Origin: Lepidodermella squamata
Taxonomy: Eukaryota; Animalia; Gastrotricha
DNA length: 64,000 nucleotides
Assembly (NCBI GenBank): GCA_047495785.1
Contig: JBLDXI010000054.1
Span: forward strand, 1,488,001-1,552,000
Direction of reading: 5' to 3'
Of this stretch, positions 35,526-46,091 are shown piece by piece. The notes beneath the pieces were generated by a model that was not told the DNA's origin, did no database searches, and saw only the letters and a program-made list of their open reading frames with translations. How positions within the stretch are numbered: position 1 is the stretch's first letter; each line of letters opens with the position of its first letter. Both the position numbers and the translations under genes were made by a program.

Positions 35526-36122
35526 TCAGAAATTTTCCAAGATTTTCGCCCAACGCTGCTCCTCATTTTGGCTGCGAATAACCGGCTCGAAGCCCAATTT
35601 CAAATAGGTTTTTATGGCCGGCAAACGGAAGTCTTGCGTCCTGAGAGTCGCCGATTTTATTGCAGCAGGGTACCGCGCCTTGAAATAGCGGAGCACCGCC
35701 GCGGTAACTTCGCGGCCCAAATGCTTGCCACTGTGCTGTTCATGTACGGCCACCCAATGCAGCAAGCCGGTATTCGGGTACTCCTCGGCCAATTTTGCCA
35801 GATCAGGCGTGCAATTCGCGCTCGCTGCTAAGAAATTAGCGTCTAAAATCCTCGCGCTCGCCATGCCAACAATGTTGCCGTGACTGCGGTGTTTGAGTAG
35901 TATGGTCGCTTTTACGCTGCTGTCTTCGAGTAGGACTTGTCGAACTCGCTCGTGCGTCCATTCGCCCATCTCGGTGTTGTACGTATTTATGTACAGCTGC
36001 AGGATTTCGTCGATGTCCGCTTGTGTGGCGTTTTGCCACTCGTGTAACGTGTAGTCGTCGCTGTGATTCGCATTGGGAAGATTTTCCAAATCTGACCTGT
36101 GCATTAACAAATAGCCTTCCAT
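35526..36122 (-). CDS. GNAT acetyltransferase, bacterial-like, intronless
   Basis: Motif A LHWVAVHEQHSGKHLGR and motif B LRTQDFRLPAIKTYLKLGFEP. Confidence 0.88.
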   Translation of the reverse strand: MEGYLLMHRSDLENLPNANHSDDYTLHEWQNATQADIDEILQLYINTYNTEMGEWTHERVRQVLLEDSSVKATILLKHRSHGNIVGMASARILDANFLAASANCTPDLAKLAEEYPNTGLLHWVAVHEQHSGKHLGREVTAAVLRYFKARYPAAIKSATLRTQDFRLPAIKTYLKLGFEPVIRSQNEEQRWAKILENF

Positions 36123-36650
36123 TTGCTGTGTGACGGAACAGAAATATAAGCGGCAAAAAACTGAATGTTTACAACACGATGCGATTATAACTTGATTCTT
36201 ATCAGGTTTTGGGTCTAGTGTTGATTTGCTATCGTACTATTTTGTTGGGAATAATCTACATAGCTCAACCGCCTCCCTGAAACACATAACACCATATAAA
36301 GGGAACTAACGATTGTCCTGTGGTTAATTTATTCAAGCTGAAATTGTATAAGCGTGGCACGCGAAAACTTCATTTATCCTTCATATGTAATTTGTATTAA
36401 CTATAATATGTGTTACAAAAGTGAAAGTGGTAGATCAGGAGTGTCAGCGAGACTGCACTAATCACTACCTGTCTGTCCCGAAGAGAACCAATTGAACCAA
36501 TTCTTTTGGACCAATTGAACTAAAATATAAACAATCCATAATTGAAATAGGTACAAATGACCGAACGAGCTGATTTAATAATATTATCTATAATGGTGCA
36601 TATGTCGTAGTCTTTCATTTGAAAATATTATTATATTGATATTAGTGCTA

Positions 36651-37718
36651 TCAAGTGTTAAGAATCTTTGCGAAAATTGAAGAGTAAAAGACGACCAGAA
36701 CAACGAGGAATACTACGAAAACCACGAAATCGATGACCATAAAAGCGCGATATGTAGTCGTTCGAAATTGCCATTTCGCAGTCGCCTGCTCCGGATACAA
36801 CGTGATGAACGAACACATCGCAGCTGCGTAAGCAGTGCAAGCCATTTGGAACTCAACTTGTCCAAAGATGAAGTAAGTCGCAATGATTGGCTCGCTTGTC
36901 TTGGGCAAATTCGCTAGCATTTCGGAATGCAGAACGAACATTGCAAGCATTATTGTGACAGCGAAAGCAGCTCTATCCGGGCATTCGGCTGGCAAAAAGA
37001 AGCTGCACAGGATCAGGATTGTCAGGATGAAGCTTGGCGCGAACAGATTATTAACCACGTAACTTGGATCGCGCTTAAGAGTTAAGCAAAAATAAGCTGT
37101 TACGTTATCCTCGCCTAATCGAGATGTTTGTGATGTTAGTTTCCAAAGTGAGCTTTCAGGCATAGCGTTAGCTGATGTTAGATTCATCATTAATGACACA
37201 CCATCTATCACTACATAGCGTCGATTACCTAACAGCGTTAGTTGGATACAACATTCCTGCGTGTCGAACGGGAATCGCCAGAAGTGCATCCGGCAATACG
37301 AGCTGAGAGGTCCGAATATTTGATTCACGTAAGTTCCATTTGATACATGGACAGCAACAGATCTGCTCATTTCATCACCTTTCATCGCTGGGTTGTTCGG
37401 GCTATTTCGGTGAATGAAGGTTGGCCACCAAATGCGATCGTTGCCATTGGGTAGGAACATAGTTTTAACGTGGCCCGATTTCTTTTTCAAATACGCCGAT
37501 ATGTTCGAGGTGCAGGCATCGGACCATATGAAGTCAAGCACGGCAAATACGGAGAAAGCCTCTTCGACATCGTCGATTTTCAGCACCCTATCGATGGCTA
37601 GTATCACACTGACATTGGTCGCTTTTTCGTTTATTTCGTTGGGAGAGTTGACTAGTGGATCAATCGGACACGTTGCAAGCAGCAGATCAAGCAGTGCAAT
37701 AGTTCCCTTGTTGTACAT
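36651..37718 (-). CDS. Cys-loop channel subunit, type B, 355 aa
   Basis: CRMHFWRFPFDTQEC, 4 TM, intronless. Confidence 0.92.
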   Translation of the reverse strand: MYNKGTIALLDLLLATCPIDPLVNSPNEINEKATNVSVILAIDRVLKIDDVEEAFSVFAVLDFIWSDACTSNISAYLKKKSGHVKTMFLPNGNDRIWWPTFIHRNSPNNPAMKGDEMSRSVAVHVSNGTYVNQIFGPLSSYCRMHFWRFPFDTQECCIQLTLLGNRRYVVIDGVSLMMNLTSANAMPESSLWKLTSQTSRLGEDNVTAYFCLTLKRDPSYVVNNLFAPSFILTILILCSFFLPAECPDRAAFAVTIMLAMFVLHSEMLANLPKTSEPIIATYFIFGQVEFQMACTAYAAAMCSFITLYPEQATAKWQFRTTTYRAFMVIDFVVFVVFLVVLVVFYSSIFAKILNT

Positions 37719-37824
37719 GTCATCGACTTTCCTTTACACAGGCTGAAATCAAAATGCGATGAAATATCTCTTGAAACTGCGCCAAACTATTTTAGCTCTG
37801 CGTCATTCTATTTGCTTTGTAATA

Positions 37825-38358
37825 GGCTTAATTCAAACACGTCGCACAAATTTTAAATCTGCAGCACAAAATGGATGTTTGTGTAGCGCATTTAGTGCGC
37901 AGCGCTTTTTAAACACACGCAGCACAAATTAAACAACCTGTCGCAGGATTTAAACAAATGTAGCCCAAACACAGGAAAATTGGAGCAATTTTTGCACAAG
38001 CCGATGAGCAGTTCTGTTTGCTCGATCGGCATGAGCATTGACGGCCTCGGCCAACTGATTTGCAGCCCGACGAGCAGTTGCATTTCACCAGTTTTTTCTT
38101 CTCAACCGGCTCTTCGTCACCCGATCCCGCCGGAGACGAGGCAACGGCCTGTATCACTGGTTGAAGAACCGATGGCTGAATAATCGTGCTTCAAATTTTT
38201 AAATTAGGGCTACTAAAACATGCGTTCGGCTGCACACGTGTTATTGCGGTTACAAAGCAAACATTTGAGCTGCACCTGAGAAACGCGCGCGGGTTTAATA
38301 ATTGTGCTGCGCACGTGTGCTGCAGATTTACAAATTAGGCGACGTGTTTCAGGGCGCC
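37825..38358. mobile_element. Non-autonomous TIR element with 9-bp TSD (Mutator- or Merlin-like)
   Basis: TTTGTAATA duplicated at 37816-37824 and 38359-38367. GGC...AAACACGTCGC..AAATCTGCAGCACA inverted ends. Absent upstream of the paralogues at 41751 and 45912. Carries a Cys-rich coding relic. Confidence 0.8.
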
Positions 38359-39167
38359 TTTGTAATATAGTATTCCGATAGGATGTTGGATCAAACAAAC
38401 GTAGACGCAATTTCGATTTTACTGGCTGTCTGCGTGTGTTTTTCAGGAAGTCAAGGTATCACCCATAGCTCTGACGTATAACAGTGAAAAGTCTGTTAGC
38501 AAGTTTAAAAATGACGTCAAAGCTTAAGCGAAGAAAATGTACGTCATCATAAAAATCGCTGGGAAAGCTATCACTAAGATGTCAAAGTTACTCGTGCGTC
38601 AAAAAGGGTGGGAAGATGTTTGTATGACAAATCTGACATTTGCCAGAAATGCCCTGATGGCATGGAAGGTGGTGCCTTTCTAGTCTGTTTTAAATCTGAT
38701 GTTTCCATTTTGATGAATACCACAAGTCTCCCAAGCCTTCTTCTAATTATGTTTGCCCAGCATTATGTTATTGCTTAGTAAAAAGCATTGCAATCGGATG
38801 TCTGATTAAAAACAAACGTTTCATCAATTTTGATTGCAACTATTTTGGGATTTTTTTGTATGAGAAGTGGCTTATCGATTATCGAAGCTCGGCCCTATTA
38901 GCGCAATATTAGCGGGTACATCACACACAGCGTGTTTTTTAAAGATCGATTTGGTGTTTAAAATTGCGGTTTTGGAGTGCAATTTTGTGGGGTGAAGACC
39001 ATTTTCCTTGCGATTTCAGCCAAATTATCTCTTTTTAATGTTTAAAAATTGCTCGTTTTTATTATAGTTTGCCCCAAAAGGCGAGAATGTTTTAGCGGTA
39101 ACTTTGATCTTTCAATGTTATGCAATGTTAATGCCTTTTGCGTGGAATATGTATGATTGATTTTCCA

Positions 39168-40235
39168 TCAGGTCTGGATGATGCTTGAGAAAATTGAAAA
39201 GTAAAAAATTACCATAGCAGCGAGGAATAAAAGAAAAACCGCGAAATCCACGACAAGGTAACCACGAAATGTAGTCGTCCGGAATTGAAGTAGTGCAGCC
39301 GCCTTTCTGGGGTACAACGTAATGAAAGAACACATCCCAGCAGCGTAGACAGTGCAAGCCATTTGAAAAATAATTTGCCCAAAGAGTAAATAAGTTGCAA
39401 TGATTGGCTTGCTTGTCTTCGGCAGATTCGCCAGCATTTCGGACTGCAAAACGAACATTGCAAGCATCAGTGTCACTGCGAAAGCAGCTCTATCGGGGTG
39501 GTTTGCTGGTATGAAGAAGCTGCACAGACTCAGAATGGTCAGGATGAAGCTTGGCGCGAACCAATTCGAAACCACATAGCTGGGATCACGCTTGAGAGTG
39601 AAACAAAAGAAGGCGGAGAGGTTTTCATGGCCAAGTCGTGCTTCTTGCGATAATAGTCGCCAAACTGAGCTCTCGGGCATGAAGTGACTGGATATAACAT
39701 TTTTCGGGAACGCCACGTCACCAATCACCACATACCTGGAGAAAGCTACTAGGGTGAATTCAAGGCAGCATTCCTGAGCGTCGTACGGGAATCGCCAGAA
39801 GTGCATCGAACAATATGAAGTGAAGGGACCTAATATCTGGTTTATATAGGTACCCGAGGCAAAATCGATTATGACCGTTCGACCCATTACATCCCCACTC
39901 ATAGATGGATTATTTGGACTATTGCTATGAATGAATGTCGGCCACCACATTTGGTCGTTGCCTTTGGGAAAAAACAATACATCTAAATTTCCAGACTGGT
40001 TTTTAAAATAAGCCGAATTTTCTAGCGTGCAGCCGTCTTCCCAAATAAAGCTGACACCGCCAAACAATGACATTGTTTCCTCGACATCGTCGACTTTCAG
40101 CATCCTATCAGCAAAGATAGTGAGGTTGACAACTGTAGGCTTGCCGAGTAGCTCACTGGGCGACATGACCCGCGGATCAATGTAACACGTAGCGAGCAGC
40201 AATTCAAGCAAGGCTACTGTACCGTTTCCGGGCAT
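39168..40235 (-). CDS. Cys-loop channel subunit, type A, 355 aa
   Basis: CSMHFWRFPYDAQEC, 4 TM. Confidence 0.92.
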   Translation of the reverse strand: MPGNGTVALLELLLATCYIDPRVMSPSELLGKPTVVNLTIFADRMLKVDDVEETMSLFGGVSFIWEDGCTLENSAYFKNQSGNLDVLFFPKGNDQMWWPTFIHSNSPNNPSMSGDVMGRTVIIDFASGTYINQILGPFTSYCSMHFWRFPYDAQECCLEFTLVAFSRYVVIGDVAFPKNVISSHFMPESSVWRLLSQEARLGHENLSAFFCFTLKRDPSYVVSNWFAPSFILTILSLCSFFIPANHPDRAAFAVTLMLAMFVLQSEMLANLPKTSKPIIATYLLFGQIIFQMACTVYAAGMCSFITLYPRKAAALLQFRTTTFRGYLVVDFAVFLLFLAAMVIFYFSIFSSIIQT

Positions 40236-40683
40236 TTCAAAGGTTTCTCGTGCGAAAATGCGCGATAATTTGGTTCCAAGTAAGACTTGCGTATATTAAG
40301 CTTTGTTTGTTTTACATCATCTTGTTTGCCCGTGGAATCCATATTTTCTAGAGACGATGCGTCACAAGCTTTCTATATCACGATTGGCTGCATGAATTTA
40401 AGGCTACCCTATCTTGGGCGCAACAGCTTTGCGCCCATTTTAAACAAACAAAATTGTTGATAGCTGCGCATATCCTGCCTTTAGCGTTTACACTTGCCTG
40501 TTATTTATGAACCCTTGGCTGAACACTTTGTGGTTCAGAACGGTCAGGCGACTGGAAAACCGCATGGAGTAAAGTCCGCGAATCTTCATTTTCACCTGAT
40601 TTGCCATGATTATTTAGACTGAGAATTTTCGAATTGCAAATTTTATTCTCCAAACTTAGAAAGTCTCAATCATTCATTATCTG

Positions 40684-41751
40684 TCACGAGTAAATGATAT
40701 TTACAAAAATCGAAGAGTAGAAAACGACCAAAACAACGAGGAATACTGTAAACACCATGAAATCGATGACTAGAAAAGCGCGGAATGTAGCCGTTCGAAA
40801 TCGCCACTTCGCAATCGCCTGTTCGGGATACAGCGTGATGAACGAACAAACAACAGCCGCGTAGACTGTACAAGCCATTTGAAATACAGTTTGTCCAAAG
40901 ATGAAGTAGGTTGAAATGATCGGCTCGCTTGTCTTTGGCAGATTCGCCTGCATTTCGGACTGCAAAACGAACATTGCCAGCATTATTGTGACAGCGAAAG
41001 CAGCTCTATCCGGGCATTCGGCTGGCAAAAAGAAGCTACACAAGCTGAGAATTGTTAGGATGAAACTTGGGGCGAACAGATTATTTATCACGTAGCTCGG
41101 ATCGCGCTTGAGTGTTAAGCGGAATAAAGCTGTTTGGTTATCCTTGCCGATTAGATAATTGTGGGATTTTAGTTTCCAAAGTGAGCTTTCTGGCATAGCG
41201 TCGGCTGCTGTTTGATCTAGTGGAAAAATCACACTCTCTAGTACTACATACTTTGGAAGACCCAACAGCATCAGTTTGATGAAACACTCCTGGGTGTCGA
41301 ACGGGAATCGCCAGAAATGCATCGGGCAATACGAGTGGAGAGGTCCGAATACTTGGTTCACGTAGGACCCAGCAGATACAGATACAACAACTGACCTACT
41401 TATTGCTTCTCCCTTCATAGCTGGGTTATCTGGGCTATTTCGGTGAATGAATGTAGGCCACCAAATGCGATCGTTCCCATTGGGTAGGAACATTTGTTTA
41501 ACATTGCCCGCCCGCTGTATCAAGGCAGCTGAGTTTTTCGAGGTGCATGAATCATACCAAATGAAGTTGATCATGCTAAATACTGAAAATGTCTCCTCGA
41601 CATCATCGATTTCCAGCACCCTATCAATGAAAAGCATCACGGTAACACCAGTAGGTTTTCCGTATGTTTCGCTGGGCGAGTTGACCAGCGGATCAATGTT
41701 ACACGTTGCGAGCAGCAGATCAAGCAAGGCGATAGTTCCATTGTTAGGCAT
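40684..41751 (-). CDS. Cys-loop channel subunit, type B, 355 aa
   Basis: CPMHFWRFPFDTQEC, 4 TM. Confidence 0.92.
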   Translation of the reverse strand: MPNNGTIALLDLLLATCNIDPLVNSPSETYGKPTGVTVMLFIDRVLEIDDVEETFSVFSMINFIWYDSCTSKNSAALIQRAGNVKQMFLPNGNDRIWWPTFIHRNSPDNPAMKGEAISRSVVVSVSAGSYVNQVFGPLHSYCPMHFWRFPFDTQECFIKLMLLGLPKYVVLESVIFPLDQTAADAMPESSLWKLKSHNYLIGKDNQTALFRLTLKRDPSYVINNLFAPSFILTILSLCSFFLPAECPDRAAFAVTIMLAMFVLQSEMQANLPKTSEPIISTYFIFGQTVFQMACTVYAAVVCSFITLYPEQAIAKWRFRTATFRAFLVIDFMVFTVFLVVLVVFYSSIFVNIIYS

Positions 41752-41949
41752 ACCTTCTTCCTATATTCAGGTTAAAGCTGAAATGCGATAGAATTTACTC
41801 TCAAACCTCCATCATACTATGTGTGCCTAGCATCATGTTATTTGCTGCGCAAATAAACAGTTCGATCGGATGTTTGATCATTTTCGATTTCAATCACGTT
41901 GAGATCTCTTTGAGCATATGTGCTGTGAATGGTGCTGAGTGTGTTTTGT

Positions 41950-42140
41950 GTAAATTTGTGTAGCTGTGCATGCGAAGAGGCCGATCGAAGCTGTTGCACG
42001 GCCCTTCTTGCGGGTACATCATAGTTGGTCTAGATAGCTGGGGGTGGTACTGATTGCAGATTGGCGCTGATGGAGAACGGAAGGAGAGAAATTGAATAGC
42101 TAGCTTGAACATTTGGGCCTCTGGGTCTGTTCGGCCATTG
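41950..42140 (-). pseudogene. Duplicated last exon of the SLATT-like gene
   Basis: RPTMMYPQEGPCNSFDRPLRMHSYTNL matches RPTVMYPQVGPNNSLDRPLRMHRYTNL at 46092-46170. Confidence 0.75.
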
Positions 42141-42159
42141 AATCTTATATAAGGAATCA

Positions 42160-42345
42160 CTGATGCTTATGCCGATGACCTCACCATCAGTACCACCGGC
42201 ATCAACCTCCAAACCGCCCAAGAAATTGCCCAGTCTGAAATAAACCGAACCACCGCGAAGCCATGGCATTCGGCCCTCTGCCAACCAAACGCACCTTATC
42301 TGTCAACGGTGAGGCGCTACGACGCTGCTCTCGGTACTTGCCATT
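42160..42345 (+). mobile_element. Non-LTR retrotransposon reverse-transcriptase fragment
   Basis: DAYADDLTIS followed, after a deletion, by AMAF...LSVNGEALRRCSRYL. Confidence 0.7.
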
Positions 42346-42655
42346 CTTCCCCCGATTAGCCATCTCTATCACTCCGTTCTCTGTGACTGTAGAACTACGG
42401 AAAAAACTCCGGGCGCGAGAAAATCATCATGGAGTTCTGCATCCGGTACTTATCATCTAAAGGATGTTTGAGAATCGGAGCTGAAATGCCTGCACTGTAT
42501 AGAAATAAATTATATTTATGCCACCTACTGTATTTTAGCATAACAAGCTTTCGAAATGAAATGTTACAGCAGAAACTATGATCGATCAACTTAATGCGGC
42601 TAATGTTTACGCCTTTTGCGAGGATTATGTATAAGTAATCAATTTTTAGTCTAGT

Positions 42656-43708
42656 CTAGATGATGGTTAAGAATATTGACAGATAAAAAATGACCATGGC
42701 ACCGAGATATAACATAAAAACCGCGAAATCCACGACAAGGTAACCACGAAATGTAGCGTTCCGAAATTGAAATAGCGCAGCCGCTTTTCTGGGGTACAAC
42801 TCTATGAAAGTACACATCGCAGCTGCGTAGACACTGTAAGCCATTTGAAAAATAATTTGCCCAAAAAGTAAATAAGTCGCAATGATTGGCTTGCTTGTCT
42901 TCGGCAGATTCGCCAGCATTTCGGATTGCAAAACGAACATTGCAAGCATCAGTGTCACTGCGAAATCGGGGTGTTTTGCTGGTATGAAGAAGCTGCACAG
43001 GCTCAGAATAGTCAGGATGAAGCTTGGCGCGAACCAATTCGAAACCACATAACTTGGATCACGTTTGAGAGTTAAGCAGAAGAATGCGGTTGCGTTATCT
43101 ATACCGAGTCGTGCTGTGTTGGATATAAGTCGCCAAACTGAGCCCTCGGGCATGAAATTATTTGGTATACCATCTTTGGGGAAAAGCTAGTCCCCTAACA
43201 TCACAAAACTTCGAAACGCTTCTGAGGTGAATTCAAGGCAGCATTCCTGAGCGTCGTACGGAAATCGCCAGAAGTGCATTGAACAATATGAAGTGAAGGG
43301 CCCAAGTATCCGGTTCGCATAGGAACCATGTTTAAAATTGATCGCGACAGATCGGCTCATTTCATCACCACTCATAGCTGGGTTGTTCGGATTATTTTGA
43401 TGGATGAAAGTTGGCCACCAAATACGGTCAGTGCCTTTGAGAAAAAATAAGTCATCAAAATTGCCAGACTGGTTTTTAAAATAAGCCGAATTTTCTAGCG
43501 TGCAGCCGTCTTCCCAAATGAAGATGACCCCGGAAAACATAGAGATTGTTTCCTCGACATCGTCGACTTTTAGCATTCTATGACCATAGAAAATCAGGCT
43601 GACAACTGTAGGTTTGCCCTGCAGCTCACTAGGCGACATGGCCATGGGATGAATGTTACACGTAGCGAGCAACAAATCAAGCAAGGCTACTGTGCCGTTG
43701 TTGGGCAT
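42656..43708 (-). pseudogene. Type A Cys-loop channel pseudogene
   Basis: In-frame TAG at 43187-43189 (GD*LFPK vs GDLLFPK) and a 9-bp deletion removing RAA at the start of M2. Confidence 0.88.
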
Positions 43709-44844
43709 TTTATAGTTTCCTTGTGGAAGAATGCGCAATACTTGCGTATACCAAGCTTTGTTTGTTTTCTATTATCTTGCTTTCTCGTGGTGTTTATATT
43801 TCCTTAGGATGATGTATCACAAACATCCTACCTGTATCGAATATTTGTTTTAGGAAATACCAACGATCCAGAAGCTTTCGGAGGCCTTCACTTCAGGTAG
43901 GTATACAGGTGTACGCACGCAATGGAGTTCCAAATAAAGTAAATCAAAGCAAATTTACTTGCAAATCACTCAATCAATTTACTTGCACGTAGAAAGGTCA
44001 TTGACTGACGTGCCGCGGAGAATTAAGTCCGAATCTATGGTGGGGCCTGGCACGCGACCAACGTCATACATTGAATTGTTATCTTAGTTTCATGATCTCG
44101 TGCTAGGCGACCTTGACCCCGCTGAACTGTTATCGATTCAAAGTTCGAAGTAGCCTGATTCGCGACGTTACTTAATGCGCGAATGCAAAATCACTGATGC
44201 CATTTCTTGAAGCTTAAAGCCTTCGAAGTCTTCATCGCTGTTCTAGGGGAAGTGTCTATTGCCTGAAAAACAGGAAAACAAATAACGACTAAACAAAATG
44301 GTCAAATTCATTGGCAATTCGCCTTCGAAAATACGAAAATGAGCATTCAGAAGTAAAGCTTTTATGCAAATTTAGGGCACCCTCGAGCGATTTTCAATGT
44401 TTGCCTTTTTTAACTTTGAGCAACGATGGCTTGCTAACGGTGAGGAAGTGGCTCATGAGATGCAAGCTTGGAATGACTAGGGTTTGAAAAAAGTGGAAAT
44501 GTTTTATGCATATTTAGGTAACAACACTCCACCTAATAAGCACCAAAATAGCGAATTTCTAACTAATAAAATGCCAAAATCTGACCGCCTTCACAAGGTC
44601 TCAAAAGTGTACGCCGATTAACTATACCCCTGCCCTTTTCTCAACGGTTTTGATAAGGAATATTTTTTGTGTCTGCCACTGAGCATGGTCCAGTGGCGAA
44701 AAATCTGAAGCTACTACTTACTACTACCTAGTTGTACTACCTACTACAAATCTTCGTTTTCAACGGACTCACCTTGATTATTATTTCGACAGAGAGTTGC
44801 TCATTTTATTCCAAAACTTTGGAAGCCTCAATCATTCATTTTGG

Positions 44845-45912
44845 TCAAGAGTTAATGATCTTTACGAAAATTGAAGAGTAGAAAACGACCAAAACAACGA
44901 GAAATACTACAAACACGACGAAATCGATGACCAGAAAAGCGCGAAATGTAGCCGTTCGAAATCGCCACTTCGCAGTCGCCTGTTCGGGATACAGCGTGAT
45001 GAATGAACACATGACAGCCGCGTAGACGGTACAAGCCATTTGAAACACAACTTGTCCAAAGATGAAGTAAGTCGCAATGATCGGCTCGCTTGTCTTGGGC
45101 AGATTCGCCTGCATTTCAGACTGCAGAACGAACATTGCAAGCATTAGAGTGGCTGCGAAAGCAGCTCTGTCTGGGCATTCTGCTGGCAAAAAGAAGCTAC
45201 ACAGGCTGAGTATTGTAAGGATGAAACTAGGTGCGAACAAATTATTAATCACATAACTCGGATCGCGCTTGATAGTTAAGCAGAAGAATGCTGTTGCGTT
45301 TTTCGGGCCAACTCGAGTTGTATATGATTCTAGTTTCCAAAGTGAGCTTCCTGGCATAGCATCGGCTATTGTTTCCTCCACTGGAAATACCAAAGTCCCT
45401 AGTACAACATACTGAGAAATTCCCAACAGCATTATTTTGATACAACACTCCTGGGTGTCGAACGGGAATCGCCAAAAATGCATCGGGCAATACGAGCTGA
45501 GAGGGCCGTATATTTGATTCGTATAAAATCCCTCTTGTACAAGCACCATAACAGATCTACTTATTGCCTCTCCCTTCATAGCTGGGTTATCTGGGCTATT
45601 TCGGTGAATGAAAGTCGGCCACCAAATGCGATCGTTGCCATTGGGTAGGAACATTTGTTTAACATTGCCCGACTGCTGTATCAAGTCAGCTGAGTTGTTA
45701 GACGTGCATGCATCTTCCCAAGCAAAGACGACCAAGGCAAATACTGAGAAAACCTCTTCGACATCGTCGATTTTCAGCACTCTATCAATGGCAAGTACCA
45801 CAGTGATATTGGTCGGTTTGTCGTAGATTTCGCTAGGCGAGTTGACCAGTGGATCTATGTGACACGTTGCAAGCAGCAAATCAAGCAAGGCAATAGTTCC
45901 CTTGTTAGGCAT
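44845..45912 (-). CDS. Cys-loop channel subunit, type B, 355 aa
   Basis: CPMHFWRFPFDTQEC, 4 TM. ATG chosen by alignment to paralogues. Confidence 0.92.
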   Translation of the reverse strand: MPNKGTIALLDLLLATCHIDPLVNSPSEIYDKPTNITVVLAIDRVLKIDDVEEVFSVFALVVFAWEDACTSNNSADLIQQSGNVKQMFLPNGNDRIWWPTFIHRNSPDNPAMKGEAISRSVMVLVQEGFYTNQIYGPLSSYCPMHFWRFPFDTQECCIKIMLLGISQYVVLGTLVFPVEETIADAMPGSSLWKLESYTTRVGPKNATAFFCLTIKRDPSYVINNLFAPSFILTILSLCSFFLPAECPDRAAFAATLMLAMFVLQSEMQANLPKTSEPIIATYFIFGQVVFQMACTVYAAVMCSFITLYPEQATAKWRFRTATFRAFLVIDFVVFVVFLVVLVVFYSSIFVKIINS

Positions 45913-46091
45913 GTCTACGTTCCTATATACAGCCTGAAGTTGAAATGCGACAGCAATTTCTGCATAACTGTGTTTGCTATGCTCCATGTTATTTGCTTTG
46001 TAAATAAACATTTCGATCGGATGTTGGATCAATTTCGATTTTAATCACTTTGAGATCTCAACCATTATCATGTGGTGCTGTGTGTGTTTTT

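Noticed and set aside
43187-43189. Programmed stop-codon readthrough in a channel gene
   Set aside because: The same copy also lacks three M2 residues, so pseudogenisation is the simpler explanation.
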